64,000 nucleotides of DNA from the IMG/VR virus record IMGVR_UViG_3300043464_001679, positions 1 to 64,000 of that record. The stretch is one strand, 5' to 3'. This DNA comes from a virus. Below are positions 32,624-41,660 of the stretch, in pieces. Position 1 is the first letter of the stretch; every line of letters starts with the position of its first letter. A program made the translations under genes and the position numbers. Below the pieces are notes generated by a model. It saw nothing but the letters and a program-made list of their open reading frames with translations. It had not been told where the DNA came from and did no database searches.

Positions 32624-32929
32624 ATGTTAAAAGTATATTATAATAGTTCAAGAGACTATAACAATAAGAATAGATTTAAAGATTCAGTTGAGGGTAATTC
32701 TCTTAATGTTGAATATAACTCTTTTGTTTCTGCTAGTTCTGTAGATCTTTATTATAAAGTTAACGGTAGACTACAAACGATAAATTTTCAAATGTCTGAT
32801 ATAGTACCTCTAGCTATTTATGATGCCGATTTAAAACCCGGCAGTAATAATACAAAAATAGATAACAGTAATGGTGTTGTAATAGAATATAATAGTATTA
32901 ATAACACACAAACAATAACAAACCTTTAA
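32624..32929 (+). CDS. hypothetical protein (tail operon)
   Basis: 101 aa ORF. Confidence 0.55.
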   Translation: MLKVYYNSSRDYNNKNRFKDSVEGNSLNVEYNSFVSASSVDLYYKVNGRLQTINFQMSDIVPLAIYDADLKPGSNNTKIDNSNGVVIEYNSINNTQTITNL

Positions 32930-32940
32930 ATAAAAAATAA

Positions 32941-34092
32941 ATGAGTTCTTTAGTACCAGTAGAAAATGTTAACGTAAGTAATAAAGAAGAGGAAAGTCCG
33001 TATTTTTATGCTATTCCTGGGGGTAATATAGAATGGACTTACATACCACCTTCAACAGATACTGGATTTACAACAAATTCATGGTCTCATTTTTACGCTA
33101 ATTTAGGCATATATACAAACGAGATAGCTAATAATTATAACATTTCTTTTGATGATGGTGGGTATTTAAACACTTCATTAGAGAAATTATATGACGCTTA
33201 TTATAATACAGGAATTGTTGTAGGTTTAATTGATAATGAAACTTATAGACAAGCAATTATCGGTAGAGACGGGGCTGTTGTAATACCTACTAGTTTTACT
33301 GGAGCTACTCTTTCAGGTATAACAGCATTAACTAATTATTTTACTTTTTACGAATCACCTGATTTATTAAATAGAACTACATCTGGTGTTTGTGCTAAAA
33401 CTGTTGCTGATACAAGAAAATTTGAATCTTTAAGAGAAGCCGTAATAAATACAGGTATCGGACAAGGTGAAGGTAGAGGAAATAATGGTGGTGAATATGA
33501 AAGTGGGGTAGCCTTCATCTTTAATGATTATACTAGTTTAACTTCAGGTTCTACATCAGGATTCAGCCAATCACACAAAGTAACAAATCCATACGCAAAC
33601 GGTAAAAAAACAGCTTTATTTAATGGTACAGGTTATCATAGAGCGGCTGGTATGATAGATTGTATTAGTGGTATTATTACTTTTTGGGACCCAGAAATTG
33701 TACAAGGATTTAATTTTGGTTTGGGTACAGGTGGTACAGGTACAACTAGTGTGACATTCGCATCTAACACGGCTTATGCAGTTGTAACAGATTATGATAG
33801 TAGTGTATCAGCTGAAGTTAGAATAAATGCTTCACCTGGTATTCTAAAATACACTACTAACCCTTCTAGAAAACAGGCAATAGCCAACGGTGATACAGGC
33901 TGTGAAGAAGTTGTTAATATAACCCAAGTTTGTTTATATGATACAAATGGGCAAGTAACAGCAATTGGTGTTCCTACAAATATTATCAAAAAAGAAAATA
34001 ACTACGTAACAATGAATTTAAGTGTTACACTAGATGGTGGTATTGGAGATGTTTGGGGTACTTCGGTAGATACATCTTTATATCCATCATAA
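32941..34092 (+). CDS. structural protein with a tail-collar-like C-terminus
   Basis: ITQVCLYDTNGQVTAIG...IKK resembles the C-terminus of the 29205 protein. Confidence 0.5.
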   Translation: MSSLVPVENVNVSNKEEESPYFYAIPGGNIEWTYIPPSTDTGFTTNSWSHFYANLGIYTNEIANNYNISFDDGGYLNTSLEKLYDAYYNTGIVVGLIDNETYRQAIIGRDGAVVIPTSFTGATLSGITALTNYFTFYESPDLLNRTTSGVCAKTVADTRKFESLREAVINTGIGQGEGRGNNGGEYESGVAFIFNDYTSLTSGSTSGFSQSHKVTNPYANGKKTALFNGTGYHRAAGMIDCISGIITFWDPEIVQGFNFGLGTGGTGTTSVTFASNTAYAVVTDYDSSVSAEVRINASPGILKYTTNPSRKQAIANGDTGCEEVVNITQVCLYDTNGQVTAIGVPTNIIKKENNYVTMNLSVTLDGGIGDVWGTSVDTSLYPS

Positions 34093-34150
34093 TATAAAAA
34101 TTTTAGGTTTAGATGTTTTAACTAATTTTTTTTCACAAAACTATATATTT

Positions 34151-34990
34151 ATGTATATGATAGTAAGTGAAATAGTGTACATATATGGTTTAGTTGACCC
34201 GTTAACAAACCAATTAAGATATGTGGGTAAAAGTGTAAATCCCAAATCTAGACTTAGGAGACATATAGCTGATAGAAATATAAATGATTCATATAAAGAT
34301 AGGTGGATTAGATCATTGAATGAAAAAAGTCTTAAACCAACATTATTAATAATAGATGTTGTTAATAAAAATGAGTGGGTTTATTGGGAACAATTTTATA
34401 TATCTTATTTTAAATTTATTGGTTTTAACATGGTCAATGGTACTATTGGTGGTGATGAACCTCCCTCTACAAAAGGCAGAAAACACACTGAAGAATCAAA
34501 ATTAAAAATGTCTAGATCAAAAAAAGGTAAACCAATACCATGGTTAAACAACAATAAATCTAGAAGTGAAAGACACAAAAAAAAATTATCTGATTCATTA
34601 AAAGGTAGAAAATCTGAAAAAAAAGGTAAAACATATGATGATATATATGGTAAAGAAGTTAGTGAAATATTAAAGAAAAAACTTAGTGATTCACATAAAG
34701 GTTTAAATTGTGGTGTTAATCACCCCATGTATAATAAAAAACATAGTGAGGAGGTTATAGAAAAAATTAGAAAAAAAAGATCTGAACAAATTTTTTCTGA
34801 AGAGTCTATAAAAAAAAGAACAAATTCTATTAAAAGAAAGGTTTACAAATATGATTTAGATGGTAATCTAATAAAAATTTACGATTCACTTGGTGAGGTG
34901 TATAAAGAAATAAGTCATAAAAAATTAAATAAACACTTTGAAAGTGGAAATCCAATTAATGGGTATATATGGAAAAAACAAATAAAATAA
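34151..34990 (+). mobile_element. free-standing GIY-YIG homing endonuclease with NUMOD3/NUMOD1 repeats
   Basis: YIYGL...RYVGKS...R; GRKHTEESKLKMS and HPMYNKKHSEE (NUMOD3); VYKYDLDGNLIKIYDS (NUMOD1). Confidence 0.85.
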
Positions 34991-35628
34991 AAGAAGAAAA
35001 AGTTATAATGGGTTTGGATGTTTCCAGCAAAACTATAGGTATATGTCTTTTTAATACAAATGGCAAATTATTAGAATTAACTCACATAACACCAAAAATA
35101 AAACCCCAACCCGAAACAAAACTAGAAGAATTGTTTAAAAAGGTTGATGCTTTTGAAAGATTAATTACAAGATATATCGAATTAGATATTGAAAGGGTTA
35201 TAATTGAGGAACCTTTATTAAGTAGTAATAATGTGTATACTGTGGCTACTTTGTTAAAGTTTAACGGAATGATTTCTAAAGTAGTTTCAGAAGTATTAAA
35301 TGTTATACCTGAGTTTATTTCTTCTAATGATTCTAGAAGATATTCTTTTCCAGAATTAGTACAAAAAAGAACACATAATAAAAAAGGTGAACCATATAGT
35401 CAAAAGGACATTGATAAAGCTAAACCTGTTTTGTTTGGTTCTTACTCATGGGATGTAGATAAAAAACAGATTGTTTGGGATAAAGTGGCTAATTTAGAAC
35501 CTCAGATTGTGTGGGAGTACGACAAAAATCAAAAACTTAAGAAAGAAAACTTTGATATGACCGATGCTTATTCTTGTGTTAGAGCTATTATGTGTCGTGA
35601 TAATATATGGGATTGTACTAAAAAATAG
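34969..35628 (+). CDS. ruvC: RuvC-like Holliday junction resolvase
   Basis: MGLDVSSKTIG, VIIEEP, FDMTDAY catalytic acidic motifs. Confidence 0.75.
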   Translation: MEKTNKIKEEKVIMGLDVSSKTIGICLFNTNGKLLELTHITPKIKPQPETKLEELFKKVDAFERLITRYIELDIERVIIEEPLLSSNNVYTVATLLKFNGMISKVVSEVLNVIPEFISSNDSRRYSFPELVQKRTHNKKGEPYSQKDIDKAKPVLFGSYSWDVDKKQIVWDKVANLEPQIVWEYDKNQKLKKENFDMTDAYSCVRAIMCRDNIWDCTKK

Positions 35629-35651
35629 TTTTTTATTTAAATATAAATTAT

Positions 35652-35682
35652 AATATCGGTTTTTTTGACCGATATTTTTTTT
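35652..35682 (+). terminator. hairpin terminator; left copy of the inverted-repeat pair
   Basis: AATATCGGT-TTTTTTG-ACCGATATT followed by a T-run. Confidence 0.75.
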
Positions 35683-35697
35683 GTAACATTTTTTCAT

Positions 35698-35705
35698 TAT
35701 ATTTG
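35698..35705 (+). promoter_or_regulatory. Bacteroidota-type -7 promoter element TATATTTG
   Basis: Matches TAnnTTTG, upstream of ATG 35730. Confidence 0.6.
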
Positions 35706-35729
35706 CATTGTAATTTAAATACAACCAAT

Positions 35730-36746
35730 ATGACCAACCAAACAACTTATGACATTACTAATAAAGATAGAATGTTCGTCTATCTATGGAGTGAAGACGA
35801 TAATGAATGTAAATTCGGTCAAAGATTCGTATTTTTGGGACAAGACCCACATGTAGAATGTAATAAACGTATACGTGAGTCTTTGGGTGTTAGAAAGGAT
35901 AAATTTGATGGTGGTGGTATTACTGTTCACGGTATTTTTGATGTTAGTGAATATGCTAAAAAAAATAACATATTTGATAAGAAATCTAAAGTAGATGACC
36001 ATATACGTAAAGAAATAGGGTTTGTTAAACAAGGAGAGGTACATAGTGTATCAGCGGAAGTTTTTATAAAATATTTTACAAATTACATGATTAAAAGTAT
36101 GACGGTATTTAGGCCTAAGTATGTACCTAGGTTCTACCAAGATTATGTACATATGTTATTTATTGAAAAACTAATAGAGTCTAATAAAGAAAAAATTGAT
36201 TTTGCTTTGGAGTTAGCTCCACGTTTTGGTAAAACCATATGGGCAATTAATTTAATACAAACCTTATTTAATGATTTTGGTTATAAAATATGTTTTTTAC
36301 CATCTTACATGTTAACTGTAATGCCTTCTTTTAAAAAAGATTTTTATGGTTTTGACGGTTATACGGAAAATATGGTATATGTGAGTGATAAAGAGGATTT
36401 AAACACAGTCATTAATGAGTGTTATGGTAAAAAAATGATTATTGTGGAGACTTCTTTACATATGAATGAACATGAAAGTAAGTTGGATTTAGTTAATAAT
36501 ATACCAGTGAGAGAAAAAGTTTGTTTTATGGATGAAGCCGATTTTGGTACACATCGTATTAAAAGTCAAGATTTTATTAGATTTATCAACTCTAAACTTA
36601 ATGTTTATATGACTGGTACGGCTATTGAAAAGGTAATCAAACCGTTAGAAAATATAGATGATAATATTATTCGTTGGTCTTATACAGATATGTTAATGGT
36701 TAAAAATGGCCAACACCCACTACAAAAATTTTTGGCCAATAATTAA
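35730..36746 (+). CDS. R-M-like subunit: N-terminal nuclease-like (GIY-YIG/T5orf172-like) domain plus SF2 helicase RecA1 domain
   Basis: VYLW...CKFGQ...RIRES N-terminus; PRFYQ Q-motif, APRFGKT Walker A, MDEADFG, MTGT; ATG 35730 preferred as start. Confidence 0.7.
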   Translation: MTNQTTYDITNKDRMFVYLWSEDDNECKFGQRFVFLGQDPHVECNKRIRESLGVRKDKFDGGGITVHGIFDVSEYAKKNNIFDKKSKVDDHIRKEIGFVKQGEVHSVSAEVFIKYFTNYMIKSMTVFRPKYVPRFYQDYVHMLFIEKLIESNKEKIDFALELAPRFGKTIWAINLIQTLFNDFGYKICFLPSYMLTVMPSFKKDFYGFDGYTENMVYVSDKEDLNTVINECYGKKMIIVETSLHMNEHESKLDLVNNIPVREKVCFMDEADFGTHRIKSQDFIRFINSKLNVYMTGTAIEKVIKPLENIDDNIIRWSYTDMLMVKNGQHPLQKFLANN

Positions 36747-36762
36747 TTAATTACTATATTTG
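36731..36762 (+). promoter_or_regulatory. Bacteroidota sigma promoter (TTTG-N20-TATATTTG)
   Basis: -33 element at 36731-34 and -7 element at 36755-62, 4 nt before ATG 36767. Confidence 0.7.
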
Positions 36763-36766
36763 TTTC

Positions 36767-39286
36767 ATGGAAAAAATAATAAACATTCTTAAACAAAAAT
36801 ACACTTTACAAAAATCTATAGATTCCGTTAAAGATATAGTCAACCCCAATTTTTTTAGGTTATCATTAGGTGGTGTTATAGATAAATCTAATAATGTATC
36901 TGAAAATTATAAAACAGATTGGTCTAAATTATTGATTGATGTTAAAAAATCAAGAGGAACCATTTCCAACTTAATTAAAGGTTTGTTCGGTACTTATGGG
37001 GGTGAAATGGAATATATTATAGATTTAAATACCGACGAAAAATCCCCAAAAGACGTAACCATGGTTTTTGCAGGTACACCTAAAAAAGAACAACAAGAAG
37101 AATTAGTTAAAGTTTTTCAAGAATCTTTGGGTCCACAATATGAAGTGGTATTAATTAATGGTGATGAAACTAGTAATCGTGAAGCTGAAGAGTTGGCTAA
37201 AAAAACTGTAGCAAAGGCAAAAAGAGAAGGTAAAAAAGTTGTTTTTGTTAGTAAAGATATGGGTTCACGTAGTTTTTCTGTTTCAGAAATTGATACTGTT
37301 ATTTTGATGTTTGATAGGGGTTCTTATGCAACTATTAGTCAAAAAATATCTAGAGTATTAACACCTGGTAAAACATACCATGGTAAAGAAAAAACTGATG
37401 GTTATGTAATATCATTGTCTTTAGATCCCAATAGAAATGAAATTAACCCAATTGATGAGTACATTGTTTATGAAGCTGAAAAAGTAAACGTAAATGAACT
37501 ATCTGATGGTATTAAAAGAGTTTTAAACTCTATAAACATTTTTACTAATGGTAATGGAGGTTTATTTAATCTTGAGATTGACCAATATGTTGATAGATTA
37601 ATTAACTCTAGTTCCCTAATTAGATTGGGTAAATATTCTTCTAATCCTGACACTATTATGATGGATGATAACCTAATCAATTTGTTGACGGGTATTGACG
37701 TTTATAAGGGTGAAAAAGAAAATGATGAAAAATTGGTTGGCATTGATTCTTCTTTGGTTAAAAAATTCTTGGAAAAAGAAGTTAAAGAAAGTCAGGAATC
37801 TGTAGATGATGAAAAAGAAAACAAAAAAATCATCTCTATCCGTGAAAAGATTAGAGAACACATGGAAAATATTGTTGATAACATTGTTGAAATCTCTGAA
37901 ATAAATAATTGTGAATCAAATGATGTTATTGAGTGTTTGAACATGATTAAAGATAAGGGTTACGAAAAGGGAGTTCTTTTTGAAGTTGATATGGATTGTG
38001 ATACTCTTAAAAAAATTATTGAACTAGGTGGTGTGTCTCATAAATTGTTAAATACTATTATTACTTCATATAATAGAAATCCTGAATCTAATAAATGGAA
38101 ACAAAATCCTGGTAAAGGTGAAGTTTTTACCCCAAAAGAGTTGGTTAACGAAATGTTAGATAGAATACCTGAAAAAGTTTGGAAAAACCCAAAATCAACA
38201 TTTTGTGATTTATCTATGGGTACCGGTTCTTTTTTGATTGAAATTGTTAATCGTTTAGTTAATATTTATAAGTATACAGAAGAAGACGCAAAATCCCGTG
38301 TCTTTGGTTATGACATTCACGTTAAATATGTAAATTATTTAAAAAGAATGGGGTATAAAAATCTGTTTTGTACAGATTCTTTAAAAGAAAATTTTAAAAT
38401 GAGATTTGATGTTGTGATTGGTAATCCTCCTTATCAAAAACAGGTAGGACCTAAAAAAACAGAAGCTATTTGGCCTAAATTTGTTGAAAAATCTTTTGAT
38501 ATATGTAAAGAGGGTGGATATGTGAGTTTAATACACCCAAGTGGGTGGAGAGACGTAAAAGGTAATTTTTCGTTCATAAAAGACTTATTAAAATCTAAAA
38601 ATATTAAACATCTAAATGTGAACGATTTTAACACAGGAAAAGAAGTTTTTGGTGTTGGAACTAATTTTGATTGGTATGTAATTGAGAACTCTGAAAATAT
38701 AAATGATATTACGGAAATTAATAGTATAGATAATGAGGTTTATGATTTTAATTTAAACAATATTAGTTATATACCTAATGGTATGATTGATATCTATGAT
38801 ATTTTGGTTGCTAAAGAAGGTGAAGAGACAGTTGAGGTTTTGTATAGTCGTTCTGGTTATGGCACAGACAAATCACATATGTTAAAAGTTAGAACAGAAG
38901 AAAATATTTATCCTTGTGTTTATACTATAACAATAAAGGATGGTTTGAAATTTTTTTATTCCAATACAAATGATAACGGTTTTTTTGGCGTACCTAAATT
39001 AATATGGTCTAACGGATTAGGTACTTATCCTGTTTTAGATTTAGATGGTGAATATGGTTTAACACAATTTGCTTACGCCATTGTAGATACAAAAAAAAAC
39101 TTACCTTTAATTAAAGAAGTTATGGAAAGTGATATTTTTATAAATTTAATGAATTATGTTAAGTTTACAAACAATAAATATCACTATAAAATCATATCAA
39201 CCTTCAAAAAAGACTTCTGGAAATACTTTTTAGATGAAAATAACAATGTTATTGAACCTAATTTTGAAAATGTTGAACGAGTATAA
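36767..39286 (+). CDS. helicase C-terminal domain fused to an N6-adenine DNA methyltransferase (Eco57I/type IIG-like) with a target recognition region
   Basis: MGSRSFSVSEIDTVILMFD...QKISRVLTP (SF2 motifs V and VI); GEVFTP, DLSMGTGSF, VIGNPPY. Confidence 0.8.
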   Translation: MEKIINILKQKYTLQKSIDSVKDIVNPNFFRLSLGGVIDKSNNVSENYKTDWSKLLIDVKKSRGTISNLIKGLFGTYGGEMEYIIDLNTDEKSPKDVTMVFAGTPKKEQQEELVKVFQESLGPQYEVVLINGDETSNREAEELAKKTVAKAKREGKKVVFVSKDMGSRSFSVSEIDTVILMFDRGSYATISQKISRVLTPGKTYHGKEKTDGYVISLSLDPNRNEINPIDEYIVYEAEKVNVNELSDGIKRVLNSINIFTNGNGGLFNLEIDQYVDRLINSSSLIRLGKYSSNPDTIMMDDNLINLLTGIDVYKGEKENDEKLVGIDSSLVKKFLEKEVKESQESVDDEKENKKIISIREKIREHMENIVDNIVEISEINNCESNDVIECLNMIKDKGYEKGVLFEVDMDCDTLKKIIELGGVSHKLLNTIITSYNRNPESNKWKQNPGKGEVFTPKELVNEMLDRIPEKVWKNPKSTFCDLSMGTGSFLIEIVNRLVNIYKYTEEDAKSRVFGYDIHVKYVNYLKRMGYKNLFCTDSLKENFKMRFDVVIGNPPYQKQVGPKKTEAIWPKFVEKSFDICKEGGYVSLIHPSGWRDVKGNFSFIKDLLKSKNIKHLNVNDFNTGKEVFGVGTNFDWYVIENSENINDITEINSIDNEVYDFNLNNISYIPNGMIDIYDILVAKEGEETVEVLYSRSGYGTDKSHMLKVRTEENIYPCVYTITIKDGLKFFYSNTNDNGFFGVPKLIWSNGLGTYPVLDLDGEYGLTQFAYAIVDTKKNLPLIKEVMESDIFINLMNYVKFTNNKYHYKIISTFKKDFWKYFLDENNNVIEPNFENVERV

Positions 39287-39689
39287 AGAACATATCAGAA
39301 ACAGACCTTATATGTCGGGTGTTGATCGAGATAAACTTAGAGTTAAAAAAACAGCAGAAGTTTTTACACCACAACACCTAGTGATAGAAATGTTAGATAA
39401 GTTAGAACAGGAAAATCCTGAATTATTCACAGACCCTACCAAAACATTTATTGATAATAGTTGTGGTGATGGTGAATTTTTAGGTGAGATTGTTATTAGA
39501 AAAATGGAAAGAAGTGGATGTCCATTAGAACAGGCATTATCTACAACATATGGTGTTGATTTAATGGAAGATAATGTCGAGGAATGTAAAAAAAGATTAT
39601 CAGGACCAAACCCAACAGAAGAGATTTTAAATATTTTAAATAAAAATATTGTTTGTCATGATGGGTTAACATATGATTATAACTTTTAA
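39270..39689 (+). CDS. DNA methyltransferase SAM-binding half (motifs X and I-III, no NPPY)
   Basis: RVKKTAEVFTP, DNSCGDGEFL, YGVDLMEDN; ATG 39270 is the likely start. Confidence 0.75.
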   Translation: MLNEYKEHIRNRPYMSGVDRDKLRVKKTAEVFTPQHLVIEMLDKLEQENPELFTDPTKTFIDNSCGDGEFLGEIVIRKMERSGCPLEQALSTTYGVDLMEDNVEECKKRLSGPNPTEEILNILNKNIVCHDGLTYDYNF

Positions 39690-39719
39690 ATATCGGTCAA
39701 AAAACCGATATTTTTTTTT
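39689..39719 (+). terminator. hairpin terminator; right copy of the inverted-repeat pair
   Basis: AATATCGGT-CAAAAA-ACCGATATT followed by a T-run. Confidence 0.75.
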
Positions 39720-39764
39720 AACACATAAATAGACTTTATCCTTAAAATTGACTATATTTAATAT

Positions 39765-40241
39765 ATGACTGAAAATAAAAAATTAGCATTAGAATGTTTG
39801 TGGGAAGAAGCTAAAATGTATTCTAAATTATATTATGAAACAGATAATGAATACAAAAAACATAAGTACGTTTCACATTTTAGGAGTCCAATCTATGACG
39901 AGACAAACATTTCATTTTTTCAAAAAGAGTTTATTTCTTTAAGAGCCTTTAATAAAGAAGGTAAAATCACAGAAGAACATTGTAATGGTAGAACTAATTG
40001 TTCTAAAAAATTATTAGAAAAAATACATTTAAAAGAAATTGTAACTTTTGATGAATTTGTTAACTTCCTAAAAGAATATTGTTATACAATAAAAATCTTA
40101 TCAGAAGAAAATGTTTCTGTAGCAACTTATCTTAAAAAACATAAAGAAAAAAATTTTATAGAAGCTTACAATGATTTAGGTATTATAATTTGTGACCAAA
40201 AAGGTACAATAATCGAAAAACTTGATTTACCTATTATTTAA
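39765..40241 (+). CDS. hypothetical protein, possibly His-Me finger/HNH-like
   Basis: TEEH..GR...TIKILSEEN pattern is only weakly suggestive. Confidence 0.4.
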   Translation: MTENKKLALECLWEEAKMYSKLYYETDNEYKKHKYVSHFRSPIYDETNISFFQKEFISLRAFNKEGKITEEHCNGRTNCSKKLLEKIHLKEIVTFDEFVNFLKEYCYTIKILSEENVSVATYLKKHKEKNFIEAYNDLGIIICDQKGTIIEKLDLPII

Positions 40242-41207
40242 ATGGCTGAAAACACCTTAATTTACGGTATAATATTAGATATTCTAGGAAGACCTAAAAA
40301 AAAGAACGAATCAAAACAACAATATAGTTTTGATTGTCCTGTTTGTTCTGCTGAAAAAGGTGAGTATGACGGTGACGGGAAAGGTAATCTAGAAGTTAAT
40401 CTAGGTGAAGGTGTTTATAACTGTTGGGCTTGTGGTGATATTAATGGGACAAAGGGTAGTTTAAAAAAATTATTTAAAAGTTTTGCTAATAAACAACAAG
40501 TTAAAAAATTAAAAATGATTGGTTATTCTTTGGATGACTTTAAATCTAAAGTTAAAGAAACCAATGTAATTGAAGACTTAACCCTACCAAAGGGTTTTAT
40601 TAGTTTCGAAGATGGTAATACAAAATCACTCTTATATAAACAGGCATGGAATTATTTAACTAAAGAAAGAAAATTAACCCCCGAAATAATTAAAAGACAT
40701 AAAATGGGTTATGTTAGTGGGGGTCAATATGATTCTAGGGTTGTAATACCTTCATATGATATAGATAATAAATTAAATTATTGGGTAACAAGAACTTATG
40801 TTAATGCTAAACCAAAATATTTAAATCCTGATTCAGATAAAGAGGTTTTAATATTTAATGAGTGTTGTGTTAATTGGGATTCTGATGTTTATTTAGTTGA
40901 AGGTCCTTTTGACCACATTGTTGTACACAACTCAATTCCACTTTTAGGTAAGAAAATTTCAGATAAATTAATGCACTCACTTTTCCACAAAGCTAGTAGT
41001 AATGTAATAATTCTTTTAGATTCAGATGCGTGGGATGACGCAAAAAAACATTATGCAAAGTTGAATGTTGGAAAATTATTCGATAGAATTAAAATAATTA
41101 AAATGAAAGAGGGATATGATATCGCTAAAATACATGAAGATTTTGGTAGACAAGGTGTTATTGAGGTTATGAAAAGTGGGATAAAATTAAAAGAAAGTGA
41201 ATTATAG
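40242..41207 (+). CDS. dnaG: DNA primase (Zn ribbon + TOPRIM)
   Basis: CPVC...CWAC, RVVIP, PKYLNP, LVEGPFD, LLDSDA. Confidence 0.88.
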   Translation: MAENTLIYGIILDILGRPKKKNESKQQYSFDCPVCSAEKGEYDGDGKGNLEVNLGEGVYNCWACGDINGTKGSLKKLFKSFANKQQVKKLKMIGYSLDDFKSKVKETNVIEDLTLPKGFISFEDGNTKSLLYKQAWNYLTKERKLTPEIIKRHKMGYVSGGQYDSRVVIPSYDIDNKLNYWVTRTYVNAKPKYLNPDSDKEVLIFNECCVNWDSDVYLVEGPFDHIVVHNSIPLLGKKISDKLMHSLFHKASSNVIILLDSDAWDDAKKHYAKLNVGKLFDRIKIIKMKEGYDIAKIHEDFGRQGVIEVMKSGIKLKESEL

Positions 41208-41209
41208 TT

Positions 41210-41416
41210 ATGGGGTTTAATAAGAAGATAATTAAAAAAGAAATTTTAATAGAAAGATTTAAATTAGAAGGTTATCAGGGTATAATAGATTATATTGGTA
41301 ATTCTGAATCTTTATTTGGGTTAGACGAAGAAATAAAAAATGTTCTAGATTTAGTTTACTGTGATATTTGCCCAACTAAAAAAAATATAGAAATAAATAA
41401 GATAATATATGGCTAG
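41210..41416 (+). CDS. hypothetical protein
   Basis: 68 aa ORF in the operon. Confidence 0.55.
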   Translation: MGFNKKIIKKEILIERFKLEGYQGIIDYIGNSESLFGLDEEIKNVLDLVYCDICPTKKNIEINKIIYG

Positions 41417-41660
41417 TATATGTGACCCCCCTTATTTTGAGTATGAGGGACCAAGAATTAATGAAGAGTATGTGGCTATTAAAGTCAATGAAGAACTTTT
41501 ACAAAGAATTGAATCATTAGAACGAAAGGTTGATGATTTACAAAATAGGAATAAAAAATTAGAAAATATTTTAAAATATTCTTTTATGTCTTTTAAGTTT
41601 AAAGGTGAAGCAAAACCAACCGAGTCTTATCAAAGATTTAGAACCCTTCTTGGTTTATGA
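41409..41660 (+). CDS. coiled-coil hypothetical protein
   Basis: 83 aa; ends ESYQRFRTLLGL. Confidence 0.55.
   Translation: MASICDPPYFEYEGPRINEEYVAIKVNEELLQRIESLERKVDDLQNRNKKLENILKYSFMSFKFKGEAKPTESYQRFRTLLGL

Noticed and set aside
36740-36770. Programmed frameshift joining the two helicase halves
   Set aside because: There is no convincing slippery site at the junction, and stops in the TAATTAATTAA run plus a dedicated promoter favour two genes.
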